From Macrostomum hystrix (lineage: Eukaryota; Animalia; Platyhelminthes): a DNA stretch of 64,000 bases. Within the stretch, counting starts at the first letter, position 1. Each line of letters opens with the position of its first letter. Position numbers and translations under genes: made by a program. Of the stretch, positions 46,501 through 57,814 are shown one piece after another. Below the pieces are notes generated by a model. That model ran no database searches. It saw nothing but the letters and a program-made list of their open reading frames with translations, and was not told the DNA's origin. The stretch is taken from NCBI GenBank assembly GCA_950097015.1, contig CATNEN010000025.1:682001-746000 (forward strand). The letters run 5' to 3'.

Positions 46501-47706
46501 TCAAATCATCTTCCTAATCAATCAAAACACCTACCAAATCAATCAAATCAAATACCTAATCCATCAAATCACCTACCAAATCAATCAAATCAAATACCTA
46601 ATCCATCAAATCACCTACCTAATCAATCAAATCGCCTACCTAATCAATAAAATCGCCTACCTAATCAATCAAATCGCCTACCTAATCAATCAAATCGCCT
46701 ACCTAATCAATAAAATCACCTACCTAATCAATCAAATCGCCTACCTAATCAATCAAATCGCCTACCTAATCAATAAAATCGCCTACCTAATCAATAAAAT
46801 CACCTACCTAATCAATAAAATCACCTACCTAATCAATCAAATCACCCACCTAATCAATCAAATCACCTACCTAATCAATCAAATCATCTTCCTAATCAAT
46901 CAAAACACCTACCAAATCAATCAAATCAAATACCTAATCCATCAAATCACCTACCAAATCAATCAAATCAAATACCTAATCCATCAAATCACCTACCTAA
47001 TCAATAAAATCACCTACCTAATCAATCAAATCACATATCAAATCAATAAAATCACCTACCTAATCAATAAAATCACCTACCTAATCAATAAAATCACCTA
47101 CCTAATCAATCAAATCACATATCAAATCAATAAAATCACCTACCTAATCAATAAAATCACCTACCTAATCAATCAAATCAAATACCTAATCAATCAAATC
47201 ACCTACCTAATCAATCAAATCATCTTCCTAATCAATCAAATGACCTACCTAATCAATCAAATCATCTTCCTAATCAATCAAATCACCTACCAAATCAATC
47301 AAATCAAATACCTTATCAATCAAATCACATATCAAATCAATCAAACCATCTACCTTATCAATTAAATCATCTACCTAATCAATCAAATCACCTACCCTAT
47401 TAGTGAAATCACCTGCCTATCAACCAACTTACCTGTCAATCAGTCAGCCTACGTGATATATCAACTTAGCAACCAATCTTGCCGACTCCCGCCTGGCAGG
47501 TGTGGCTGTGCGTCGGGCTGCGCGATCGGCACCTGGCATTGTGGCTGTCTCTGCTATCGGAGAGTCCCCAGGCTGGCCAATTTTACGAGCCGGGCAGTTT
47601 CATGCGCGATCCTTCGCTTCGCGATCAGTTACTGGGCCTGCTGGACTCGCTGAAAGACTATAAGATCCAGCTAGATGCGCAGCTCATGCGAGGAGTGGAA
47701 ATCTGA
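28523..47706 (+). CDS. DENND5: DENN domain-containing protein 5 / Rab6IP1 orthologue (uDENN-cDENN-dDENN-RUN-PLAT-RUN). Exons 28523-28682, 28772-28899, 29699-30335, 30412-30599, 31179-31865, 34015-34348, 37218-37477, 38784-38909, 40135-40399, [41045-41128 putative cassette], 41983-42411, 44700-45652, 47500-47706; 1457-1485 aa
   Basis: Family motifs: [96 protein letters not shown], and the PLAT motif IGHDNAG...WFVEFV...FHCGRWL. All junctions are GT-AG and phase-compatible. N-terminal Q13 tract encoded by (CAG)8(CAA)5. Confidence 0.93.
29205..29510. repeat. 21-bp intronic minisatellite (GATCTGAGCACTCTAGGGTAA)
   Basis: About 14 tandem units. Confidence 0.95.
30635..30790 (+). mobile_element. Degenerate tRNA-headed SINE, probably family A
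   Basis: GGTGCGGTAAAACGTCCGACT...GGGTTCGCATC head and a CCAGTCCATGGA tail motif. Confidence 0.45.
30860..31098 (+). mobile_element. tRNA-derived SINE family B
   Basis: Shares GAGGTCCCTGAG...GGCGAGGCCACATTCATTT...CTTGTCGTGCAATT...GAGGGCCAACCTCCAA...GCAGCCCTCCTGCAATT with 34410 and 58800. Confidence 0.75.
31905..32640. repeat. ~33-36-bp intronic minisatellite (GATATCCTCACATCCCATCTTCCCCGATCCTCA)
   Basis: Tandem units start about 40 nt after the donor at 31866. Confidence 0.95.
33610..33880 (-). mobile_element. tRNA-derived CORE-like SINE (family A)
   Basis: Reverse complement of the 8361 copy: the B box appears as GGAATCGAACC and the CORE-like part as GTCTTGCTAAAGGACACAA. Confidence 0.8.
34410..34540 (+). 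mobile_element. SINE family B, 5' part
   Basis: A-box-like TAACCGAGCGATTAGCGC, B-box-like GCTCGAATCC, then GGCGAGGCCACATTCATTT. Confidence 0.7.
37018..37099 (-). tRNA. tRNA-Ser(CGA), intronic and antisense to DENND5
   Basis: GTCGCGATGGCCGAGTGGTTAAGGCGTTGGACTCGAAATCCAATGGGGTTTCCCCGCGCAGGTTCGAATCCTGCTTGCGACG. It is 82 nt, with a paired 7-bp acceptor stem, CGA anticodon, long variable arm and intact A/B boxes. A T6 terminator lies at 37007-37012 on the minus strand. Confidence 0.95.
38982..39362. repeat. 19-bp intronic minisatellite (CCAGTCCACCTAATCTATT)
   Basis: About 20 tandem units. Confidence 0.95.
39440..40000. repeat. 20-bp intronic minisatellite (CACCCCCAGTTTACCTAATC)
   Basis: About 27 tandem units. 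Confidence 0.95.
40519..40715 (+). mobile_element. tRNA-derived CORE-like SINE (family A), internally shortened
   Basis: CCTAGTGGTTAGGGCGTCGGACTC...GGGTTCGATT head and AGTCCATGGACTGAACAGC tail, matching 8361. Confidence 0.75.
43715..44602. repeat. 27-bp intronic minisatellite (GATCCCTAATCCCACAGCAGAATCCTA / ...CATG variant)
   Basis: About 33 tandem units; the two variants partly alternate. Confidence 0.97.
45683..47400. repeat. Two adjacent intronic arrays: ATCAATCAGCCTACCTATCTT-type (45683-46322) and AATCAATCAAATCACCTACCT-type (46330-47400)
   Basis: Tandem units fill almost the whole last DENND5 intron and cause the low-complexity tail of ORF 44759. Confidence 0.95.
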
Positions 47707-48944
47707 TTCCAATCCTCCATTTTTTGTTTTTTTACTTCCTATGGTCTCAAGAATTTTCTCGCGCCTGATTTCTTTGATTTCGACGTTGGCTCTGTGGTTT
47801 CTTTTTTAAAGAATAGCAAAAAATACTATTTATACTACTCGCAAAAATTCATTGTCAGTAGCTTACATCTAATTGCTAAAAGGAAGCTAACTGCAGTTAA
47901 ACAATCAGTATTTGTAGTTGCATGCGATGCATAATTGTACAAATTCGCATTGTGAACACCGTGTACAGACAAACCCTTGTGCTTGACTCAATTATCTATA
48001 CCTTTTTTTATAAGCTCGCCTTTCTGACTCCGATTAAATTTTTGAGATCGCTTTTATTCTTATAATTATTTTTTACTAAGAGAGTGGCTACATTATTGCA
48101 CAGTATATGTATTGGAACCGTTGATATGACCTTCGGAAATAATTGATTGATCTTATTTGAATCTCAGCTAGCCTAATCGTGTCACAACTTTTTTATTGAT
48201 TTCATATGCATGCGAACATGGACAATAATGACAACGAAACTTAAGATATAAATTAAAGCTTATGAATTTCATCAGTCTGATATCATTTCGCCTTGGGCAC
48301 ATTTTTCCAGTTTAACTTCGGTTCGCTAATTAACAAACGTTACTTTTAAAGCGTTAGTTTTGAAATACGCTACTTTAGGTCCGTTAAATTGGGCACTCTA
48401 GGCACTTGATTGGGCCATAGTCGACCCGCGGCCAACGAGGAGGCAATTCTGCCCATTCAATTGAACGATATTTCACGAGGGAGCGATCATATAAGTAGAG
48501 CTTTAGAAATAACGACTTACTGGTTTATAGTAGTAATTATGTATTTGTGCCCATAATGTCGATATTAGTTACAAATTGCTCTTCATATATCTATTGATTC
48601 TTATTGTTATATTATGGGAGTATGTATAAAATTTTAGTAAATTGCTTTCTTCTGTCTTTGAAATTTTTGCTTTGCTTGACATGCTTAAATTTATTTGGCA
48701 TACAAATAGACCTATGTTCAAACATTTTTCTTCTAGTGTTTTACGCTCTCTAGCATTGTGGTGCAATTTTTTTACGTAGTTTCATTTGGATGTTTTTTTA
48801 ATCAAGATGCACTCATCTTTTTTGTTTCACCTGTCCAACCCTTTTGAGGTGTTGAAGCAGGGAGTGAAGTAAATATATGATAGCGCGAGACTAATAAACC
48901 TCGGGATTGTCTCCCCTGTAATTCACCAATTTAACTCGTGTTTT

Positions 48945-51900
48945 AGTTGGTCATTTACCCTGCCAATCTGCAGTTTCAGTTGGTCATTTACCCTGTCAAT
49001 CTGCAGTTTCAGTTGGTCATTCACCCTCTCAATCTGCAGTTTCAGTTGGTCATTTACCCTTTCAATCTGCAGTTTCAGTTGGTCATTTACCCTCTCAATC
49101 TGCAGTTTCAGTTGGTCATTTACCCTCTCAATATGCAGTTTCAGTTGGTCATTTACCCTCTCAATCTGCAGTTTCAGTTGGTCATTTACCCTGTCAATCT
49201 GCAGTTTCAGTTGGTCATTTACCCTCTCAATCTGCAGTTTCAGTTGGTCATTTACCCTGTCAATCTGCAGTTTCAGTTGGTCATTTACCCTGCCAATCTG
49301 CAGTTTCAGTTGGTCATTTACCCTGCCAATCTGCAGTTTCAGTTGGTCATTTACCCTGCCAATCTGCAGTTTCAGTTGGTCATTTACCCTCTCAATCTGC
49401 AGTTTCAGTTGGTCATTTACCCTGTCAATCTGCAGTTTCAGTTGGTCATTTACCCTGCCAATCTGCAGTTTCAGTTGGTCATTTACCCTGCCAATCTGCA
49501 GTTTCAGTTGGTCATTTACCCTGTCAATCTGCAGTTCAGTTGGTCATTTACTTGTCAATCTGCAGTTTCAGTTGGTCATTTACCCTCTCAATCTGCATTT
49601 TCAGTTTGTCATTTACCCTCACAATCTGCAGTTTCAGTTGGTCATTTACCCTGTCAATCTGCAGTTTCAGTTGGTCATTTACCCTCTCAATATGCAGTTT
49701 CAGTTGGTCATTTACCCTCACAATCTGCAGTTTCAGTTGGTCATTTACCCTCACAATCTGCAGTTTCAGTTGCTCATTTACCCTGCCAATCTGCAGTTTC
49801 AGTTGGTCATTTACCCTGCCAATCTGCAGTTTCAGTTGGTCATTTACCCTGCCAATCTGCAGTTTCAGTTGGTCATTTACCCTGCCAATCTGCAGTTTCA
49901 GTTGGTCATTTACCCTGCCAATCTGCAGTTTCAGTTGGTCATTTACCCTGTCAGTCTGCAGTTTCAGTTGGTCATTTACCCTGCCAATCTGCAGTTTCAG
50001 TTGGTCATTTACCCTGCCAATCTGCAGTTTCAGTTGGTCATTTACCCTGCCAATCTGCAGTTTCAGTTGGTCATTTACCCTGCCAATCTGCAGTTTCAGT
50101 TAGTCATTTACCCTGTCAATCTGCAGTTTCAGTTGGTCATTTACCCTGTCAATCTGCAGTTTCAGTTGGTCATTAACCTGTCAATCTGCAGTTTCAGTTG
50201 GTCATTTACCCTCTCAATATGCAGTTTCAGTTGGTCATTTACCCTCACAATCTGCAGTTTCAGTTGGTCATTTACCCTCACAATCTGCAGTTTCAGTTGC
50301 TCATTTACCCTGCCAATCTGCAGTTTCAGTTGGTCATTTACCCTGCCAATCTGCAGTTTCAGTTGGTCATTTACCCTGCCAATCTGCAGTTTCAGTTGGT
50401 CATTTACCCTGCCAATCTGCAGTTTCAGTTAGTCATTTACCCTGCCAATCTGCAGTTTCAGTTGGTCATTTACCCTCTCAATATGCAGTTTCAGTTGGTC
50501 ATTTACCCTCTCAATATGCAGTTTCAGTTGGTCATTTACCCTCTCAATATGCAGTTTCAGTTAGTCATTTACCCTCTCAATATGCAGTTTCAGTTGGTCA
50601 TTTACCCTCTCAATATGCAGTTTCAGTTGGTCATTTACCCTCTCAATATGCAGTTTCAGTTGGTCATTTACCCTGTCAATATGCAGTTTCAGTTGGTCAT
50701 TTACCCTCTCAATATGCAGTTTCAGTTGGTCATTTACCCTCTCAATATGCAGTTTCAGTTGGTCATTTACCCTGCCAATCTGCAGTTTCAGTTGGTCATT
50801 TACCCTGTCAATCTGCAGTTTCAGTTGGTCATTTACCCTGTCAATCTGCAGTTTCAGTTGGTCATTAACCTGTCAATCTGCAGTTCAGTTGGTCATTTAC
50901 CCTCACAATCTGCAGTTTCAGTTGGTCATTTACCCTCACAATCTGCAGTTTCAGTTGGTCATTTAACCTCACAATCTGCAGTTTCAGTTGGTCATTTACC
51001 CTGTGAATCTGCAGTTTCAGTTGGTCATTTACCTGTCAATCTGCAGTTTCAGTTGGTCATTTACCCTCTCAATATGCAGTTTCAGTTGGTCATTTACCTG
51101 TCAATCTGCAGTTTCAGTTGGTCATTTACCCTGTCAATCTGCAGTTTCAGTTGGTCATTTACCCTGTCAATCTGCAGTTTCAGTTGGTCATTTACCCTCT
51201 CAATATGCAGTTTCAGTTGGTCATTTACCCTGTCAATATGCAGTTTCAGTTGGTCATTTACCCTCTCAATATGCAGTTTCAGTTGGTCATTTACCCTCTC
51301 AATATGCAGTTTCAGTTGGTCATTTACCCTGTCAATCTGCAGTTTCAGTTGGTCATTTACCCTCTCAATATGCAGTTTCAGTTGGTCATTTACCCTGTCA
51401 ATCTGCAGTTTCAGTTGGTCATTTACCCTCTCAATATGCAGTTTCAGTTGGTCATTTACCCTGTCAATCTGCAGTTTCAGTTGGTCATTTACCCTCTCAA
51501 TATGCAGTTTCAGTTGGTCATTTACCCTCTCAATATGCAGTTTCAGTTGGTCATTTACCCTCTCAATATGCAGTTTCAGTTGGTCATTTACCCTCTCAAT
51601 ATGCAGTTTCAGTTAGTCATTTACCCTCTCAATATGCAGTTTCAGTTGGTCATTTACCCTGTCAATCTGCAGTTTCAGTTGGTCATTTACCCTCTCAATA
51701 TGCAGTTTCAGTTGGTCATTTACCCTCTCAATATGCAGTTTCAGTTGGTCATTTACCCTGTGAATCTGCAGTTTCAGTTGGTCATTTACCCTCTCAATAT
51801 GCAGTTTCAGTTGGTCATTTACCCTGTCAATATGCAGTTTCAGTTGGTCATTTACCCTCTCAATATGCAGTTTCAGTTGGTCATTTACCCTCTCAATATG

Positions 51901-52312
51901 CAGTTTCAGTTGGTCATTTACCCTGTCAATCTGCAGTTTCAGTTGGTCATTTACCCTGCCAATCTGCAGTTTCAGTTGGTCATTTACCCTCTCAATATGC
52001 AGTTTCAGTTGGTCATTTACCCTCTCAATATGCAGTTTCAGTTGGTCATTTACCCTGTCAATATGCAGTTTCAGTTGGTCATTTACCCTCTCAATATGCA
52101 GTTTCAGTTGGTCATTTACCCTCTCAATATGCAGTTTCAGTTGGTCATTTACCCTGTCAATCTGCAGTTTCAGTTGGTCATTTACCCTGCCAATCTGCAG
52201 TTTCAGTTGGTCATTTACCCTCTCAATATGCAGTTTCAGTTGGTCATTTACCCTCTCAATATGCAGTTTCAGTTGGTCATTTACCCTCTCAATATGCAGT
52301 TTCAGTTGACCA
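48945..52312. repeat. 33-bp minisatellite (GTTGGTCATTTACCCTSYCAATMTGCAGTTTCA), ~102 copies
   Basis: Tandem units are visible. The LVIYPxNxQFQ ORFs are repeat translations. Confidence 0.98.
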
Positions 52313-52656
52313 TTAACCCTCGATGTACCCTCGATCGATGAACCTAATTGAATATCGACAGTTTGACAAGCCGCATCTGAAAATGCTCCAGAAAATAAAT
52401 TTTCGTTACTTTTTATCAGTTTTTTTAGAAACGTTACAAGATTGAGCATTGCATACCAATGAGTGCTCATGCTCTGCTCAAGCAGGTTCTCATTGGTCAG
52501 CGGGACAACAGCTTTTCCACCCCCTCGGCTACATCTGAGCTGAGTACAAAAGCTGCAGCGGGGTTTGCCTGTGGCGCGTCTGCTTCCGTCGAATTCGCTG
52601 CTCTCTCGCCTTCTCGCCATCTCCAGTTAAAATCTGCTTTTTAAAATCTGATTGTG

Positions 52657-55543
52657 ATGCGGACAGCCACGCTCTTCATCGCTGTCGCCTTGCTGGCCGG
52701 TAGCTCTGATGCCTTCGTCCAACTGATGGGCAGCTCGGATGTCTATGTGAGTCAGTTTATCGTCTGGAATATTTGTCTTTGCTAATCATCCGGCTGGGCC
52801 AAAGCTAACTCCCGCAATCTGGCATTTTCACAGTGCGACTCCGAGGGCTCCTACTGCCTTAGCGACAGCGGCTGCTGCCAGGGACTCGAGTGCGTTGTGG
52901 GCCAAGGCAACCTGCAAGGTATTGGCTGATAGAGTCATTCTCTGTACTAAAGTTCACAGTGGTACCTACTTACCTACTTACCTACTTTATTACTTACTTA
53001 CCTACTTGCTTACCTACTTACTTAACTACTTACTTACCTACTTGCTTACCTTCTTACTTAACTACTTACTTACCTACTTAACTACTTACTTACCTACTTA
53101 ACTACTTACTTACCTACTTACCTACTTTATTACTTACTTACCTACTTACCTACTTGCTTACCTGCTTACCTACTTTATTACTTACTTGCCTACTTACTTA
53201 CCTACTTACTTACCTACTTACCTACTTTATTACTTACTTACCTACTTGCTTACCTACTTACTTAACTACTTACTTACCTACTTGCTTACCTTCTTACTTA
53301 ACTACTTACTTACCTACTTAACTACTTACTTGCCTACTAAGATACTTAACTACTTACCTACCCACTTGCTTACCTACTTACTTACCTACTTATTTACCTA
53401 CTTACACACCCACTTGCTTACCTACTTACTTACCTACTTACTTACCTACTTACTTACCTACTTTATTACTTACTTACCTACTTGCTTACCTACTTGCTTA
53501 CCTACTTAACTACTTACTTGCCTACTAACATACTTACCTACTTACCTACCTACTTACTTACCTACTTGCTTACCTACTTACTTACCTACTTTCTTACCTA
53601 CTTGCTTAGCAACCTTCTTGCCTACCTACCTACCTACCTACTTACCAACACACTCACTCACTCACTCACTCACTCACTCACTCACTCACTCACTCACTCA
53701 CTTACTCACTCACTCACTCACTCACTCACTTACTCACTCACTCACTCACTTACTCACTCACTCACTCACTCACTCACTCACTCACTCACTTACTCACTCA
53801 CTCACTCACTCACCAAATGACCACTTACTAGCTCCCAGTCGGGCCCCAACTGGCACAGAAATCAGTGTTTATTTGCAGTTTCACACCCTGGTTGTCGGAG
53901 GCAGTGCTGCCAGAGCCGGTGGACAACTGCGGATGAACTAATTGTGCAGCCAGAAGTCGCCCGGATCCGTCTCTGCCTCCTGGGTCGCATTTACTCCTTC
54001 CCGCCGCTCCCCTCGAGCCATTTTTACTCTCCCTGAGGCGCTAAGGAATGCCGGCCGCCGATTCAAGTAATTCGATGTAATTGGATTTACTTGTCCCAAC
54101 TGGAGTGGACTTTCGCCCGCCTCGCACACAGCGACAGTCCACACCAACCCACTGACACAGCTGAGACACAGTTGCCGGCTGATGAGGCGAGATGAGGACT
54201 GAGGAGGCTGGGAAACACCGCGGGACAGGCTCAAATCCTCTCGACGACTTCATTTCCCGAACTCGAAGTCGGCTGCGGGTTCGCGTGACGGGCAGATGTG
54301 GAACTAGTCTAGTTCGCTTTCTTTGACTTGGTCACATGTGTACGGAGAGATTTTTTTCAGCGCAGTGAAATCTGTTCCTATGTCCAGCCCTCTGTGCCAT
54401 CCTCAACTATTTATCATTTATTATCTACTCACTAATTGAATTCTATTGAAGCGGCTGCGATTCACCCACTCTCACACCGACTCACCCACTCTCACACCGA
54501 CTCACCCACTCTCACCCCGACTGACCCACTCTCACACCGACTGACCCACTCTCACACCGACTCACCCACTCTCACCCCGACTCACCCACTCTCACCCCGA
54601 CTGACCCACTCTCACACCGACTCACCCACTCTCACACCGACTCACCCACTCTCACCCCGACTGACCCACTCTCACACCGACTCACCCACTCTCACACCGA
54701 CTCACCCACTCTCACCCCGACTCACCCACTCTCACCCCGACTGACCCACTCTCACACCGACTCACCCACTCTCACACCGACTCACCCACTCTCACCCCGA
54801 CTGACCCACTCTCACACCGACTCACCCACTCTCACACCGACTCACCCACTCTCACACCGACTCACCCACTCTCACACCGACTCACCCACTCTCACACCGA
54901 CTCACCCACTCTCACCCCGACTGACCCACTCTCACACCGACTCACCCACTCTCACACCGACTCACCCACTCTCACCCCGACTCACCCACTCTCACACCGA
55001 CTCACCCACTCTCACCCTGATTCACCCACTCTCACACCGACTCACCCACTCTCACCCCGACTCACCCACTCTCACACCGACTCACCCACTCTCACCCTGA
55101 TTCACCCACTCTCACCCTGATTCACCCACTCTCACACCGACTCGCCCAATCCTCCGCCGCCTGTCTATGCAGGCATGGGCGGCATCTGCCGTCGCCGGAG
55201 CAGCAACGCCGGCTCTTCATCGGCCTCTGCCTCGTCGAACTATCCGCCGATGGACTTCGGGCCGATGTACCGCAGCTGCAGCCTGGACTCGGACTGCCCG
55301 GCTGGGCAGTGCTGCAATCGGCGACCAACCGGCTTTCGCGGCAGCCTGGTGTCAACCTGCGAATCCGACTGCGGCTATCGCGAGGTCGGCGACATCCTCG
55401 GCGACTATTACAGCCGCTTCTATCGCCGGGCCGCTCGCGGTCGTCATGGAAACAAGCCGTATCATCGCGGAGGCGAGCGCAAGGCGGAGCATCAGAAGCA
55501 TCAGGAGGAGCAGAAGAGCAAGAAGAAGAAGTCTGACAACTAA
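52657..55543 (+). CDS. Secreted cysteine-rich precursor (181 aa): signal peptide, knottin-like module, second 6-Cys module, basic tail; exons 52657-52746, 52834-52918, 55173-55543
   Basis: MRTATLFIAVALLAGSSDA-FVQLMGSSDVY|CDSEGSYCLSDSGCCQGLECVVGQGNLQG|MGGICRRR...CSLDSDCPAGQCCNRRPTGFRGSLVSTCESDC...KSKKKKSDN*. Junctions are phase 0 then phase 1, GT-AG, totalling 546 nt. The sixth knottin Cys comes only from the spliced third exon. Confidence 0.8.
52965..53812. repeat. Intronic microsatellite: (TACT/TACC)n changing to (CTCA)n
   Basis: Tetranucleotide periodicity is visible. Confidence 0.95.
54462..55142. repeat. 20-bp intronic minisatellite (CTSACCCACTCTCACMCCGA)
   Basis: About 34 units ending 30 nt before the acceptor at 55172. 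Confidence 0.96.
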
Positions 55544-55944
55544 GACACCCCAGATTTTGATTGCGTCGCCCGCTCTTTACAAAAAAGCGAATTAACAAAT
55601 GCCTCTCTAAGGCCTAACTGGGTCGCTTTTCTAAAAATTCCTTTTTTGTCTGCGAATTCAAAAAACGATATCTTAGCCCTCCCTCACTGCCAGGAACATT
55701 ATCGGGTTGGCAATCAGTTAAGAGTTTGGATTTGTACAACGTCCAGCAATCCCACATTTGAAAGACGGAAGATTGCATATTATTTTGTTAAATCTTTCCA
55801 GCATATTTTTGTTAAACGCTCGCGTCGCCATACCCAGGCGGCCGGATCGAGTTCCATTTTTTGTCGCTTTTGAACGGAACAAAATATATAATGTTGTTTG
55901 TCTAAACAAATTCGAAGCGAACTTTGGCGCGCCCAAGCCTATTG

Positions 55945-55950
55945 AATAAA
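55945..55950 (+). promoter_or_regulatory. Candidate polyadenylation signal of the secreted-protein gene
   Basis: AATAAA about 400 nt after the stop, followed by T-rich sequence. Confidence 0.35.
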
Positions 55951-56007
55951 CCTGTTGTCGAGCAAACCGCAAGTTCTACCTGGAAATTTTTTTGTTATTT
56001 TATATTT

Positions 56008-56812
56008 AGTGAGTCTTTGTCTCACTCAGTGAGTCTTTTTCTCACCCAGTGAGTCTTTGTCTCACTCAGTGAGTCTTTGTCTCACTCAGTGAGTCTTTTG
56101 TCTCACTCAGTGAGTCTTTGTCTCACTCAGTGAGTCTTTGTCTCACTCAGTGAGTCTTTCTCTCACTCAGTGAGTCTTTGTCTCACTCGGTGAGTCTTTG
56201 TCTTACTCAATGAGTCCGTGTCTCACTCATTGAGTCTTTGTCTCGCTCAGTGAGTCTTTGTCACAATCAGTGAGTCTTTGTCACAATCAGTGAGTCTTTC
56301 TCTCACTCGGTGAGTCTTTGTCTCACTCAGTGAGTCTTTGTCTCACTCAGTGAGTCTTTGTCTCACTCAGTGAGTCTTTGTCTCGCTCAGTGAGTCTGTG
56401 TCTCACTCGGTGAGTCTTTGTCTCACTCAGTGAGTCTTTGTCTCGCTCAGTGAGTCTTTCTCTCACTCAGTGAGTCTTTGTCTCACTCGGTGAGTCTTTG
56501 TCTTACTCAATGAGTCCGTGTCTCACTCATTGAGTCTTTGTCTCGCTCAGTGAGTCTTTGTCACAATCAGTGAGTCTTTGTCACAATCAGTGAGTCTTTC
56601 TCTCACTCGGTGAGTCTTTGTCTCACTCAGTGAGTCTTTGTCTCACTCAGTGAGTCTTTGTCACAATCAGTGAGTCTTTGTCACAATCAGTGAGTCTTTC
56701 TCTCACTCGGTGAGTCTTTGTCTCACTCAGTGAGTCTTTGTCTCACTCAGTGAGTCTTTGTCTCACTCAGTGAGTCTTTGTCTCGCTCAGTGAGTCTGTG
56801 TCTCACCCAGTG
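56008..56812. repeat. 20-bp minisatellite with an internal palindrome (TCTCACTCAGTGAGTCTTTG), ~40 copies
   Basis: Tandem units, each with an ACTCA-G-TGAGT inverted repeat. Confidence 0.96.
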
Positions 56813-57814
56813 ATTAGGCACTGGTTTCTGAATCAGAAGGTCTAATTAAGCGCTGCACTTTTTCTCGGCATCAGAAGAAAAACAATGGCACGACAGTACT
56901 GGAAAACCTCATGCATAATAGCCCCATGTGTTGGAATCCTTACCTGACTCCCTTAAAGTTAGTCCCTTTTATACACAGAATAATCAATGAGACAGCCACT
57001 AATTATAGATTCCCAGTTAGAGATAATTAGAGGCTGCTGCATAAGGCTGGCTATTGCTAAACTTACTTTGCTTTTTTCTGGCCTTCTTCTCAATTTCTTT
57101 GGCCGGGCAGGCAGGTGCAAAAGTATTCTTTTTTTTGTTTCGCCCCAGCTTTAGCACTTTATAGGGCCGTGGACCCATGCCAGTCTTCATCCTATTGAGC
57201 TGGCTGAGCACACTCATTGGGGATGGGGGAGATGCCGTCAGGTAGCTAGGTGATATATTGATTAATTTTTCCTTGCTCCATCACAGCCCGCCCCTCTATA
57301 GTGTTGTTTCTCGCGTGTCGCGCTGTGGTTCCCAATTTTTTTCGCTGTAAAGAATCGGAATGAGAAGCAGGTTTGAGACTGCGGTTAGGCCGTGGCTCTG
57401 GTCCAGCTGTTGGGCTTGCCTTAAGCAGCTGCCAGTTCTCATCGTGAAAGCTTCACGCTGTTTTTAAAACTACCTTTTTGAAAGAAATTTTCCTGGGATT
57501 CTTAATGTGAATTTTAAAGACATTTTCTGCTGCATTTTTGGGAAGCTTGTTGCAGTCAATCTGCGTAGAGATCGGGAAAGGGCTTGTGTTACCATGGCAA
57601 CAAATGGCTTTGCAGTTTTAATGACACGGGTGCCAAATTTCCGCGCTTCCGTCCGTCTGTCTTATTTACGATAAGATTTTTATATTTTTTAAATGGATAG
57701 TTCTAAGAGTGTCTTTCAACTGAGCTAGCGGAGTTGTTGCGACTTAAAAACTGACTCTTATTTATGGACTCTTGATAGACTATGCAAGACAGTGAGATGG
57801 CATGAAGAGAGAGG

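Noticed and set aside
48947-52620. Long repeat-protein or coiled-coil ORFs (LVIYPxNxQFQ, RVNDQLKLHIE)
   Set aside because: These are translations of a 33-bp satellite with frame-breaking 1-bp indels and no unique coding flanks.
53879-54066. Extra exon inside intron 2 of the secreted-protein gene
   Set aside because: It is 188 nt, and the phase-1 frame hits a stop. Direct splicing to 55173 completes the cystine pattern.
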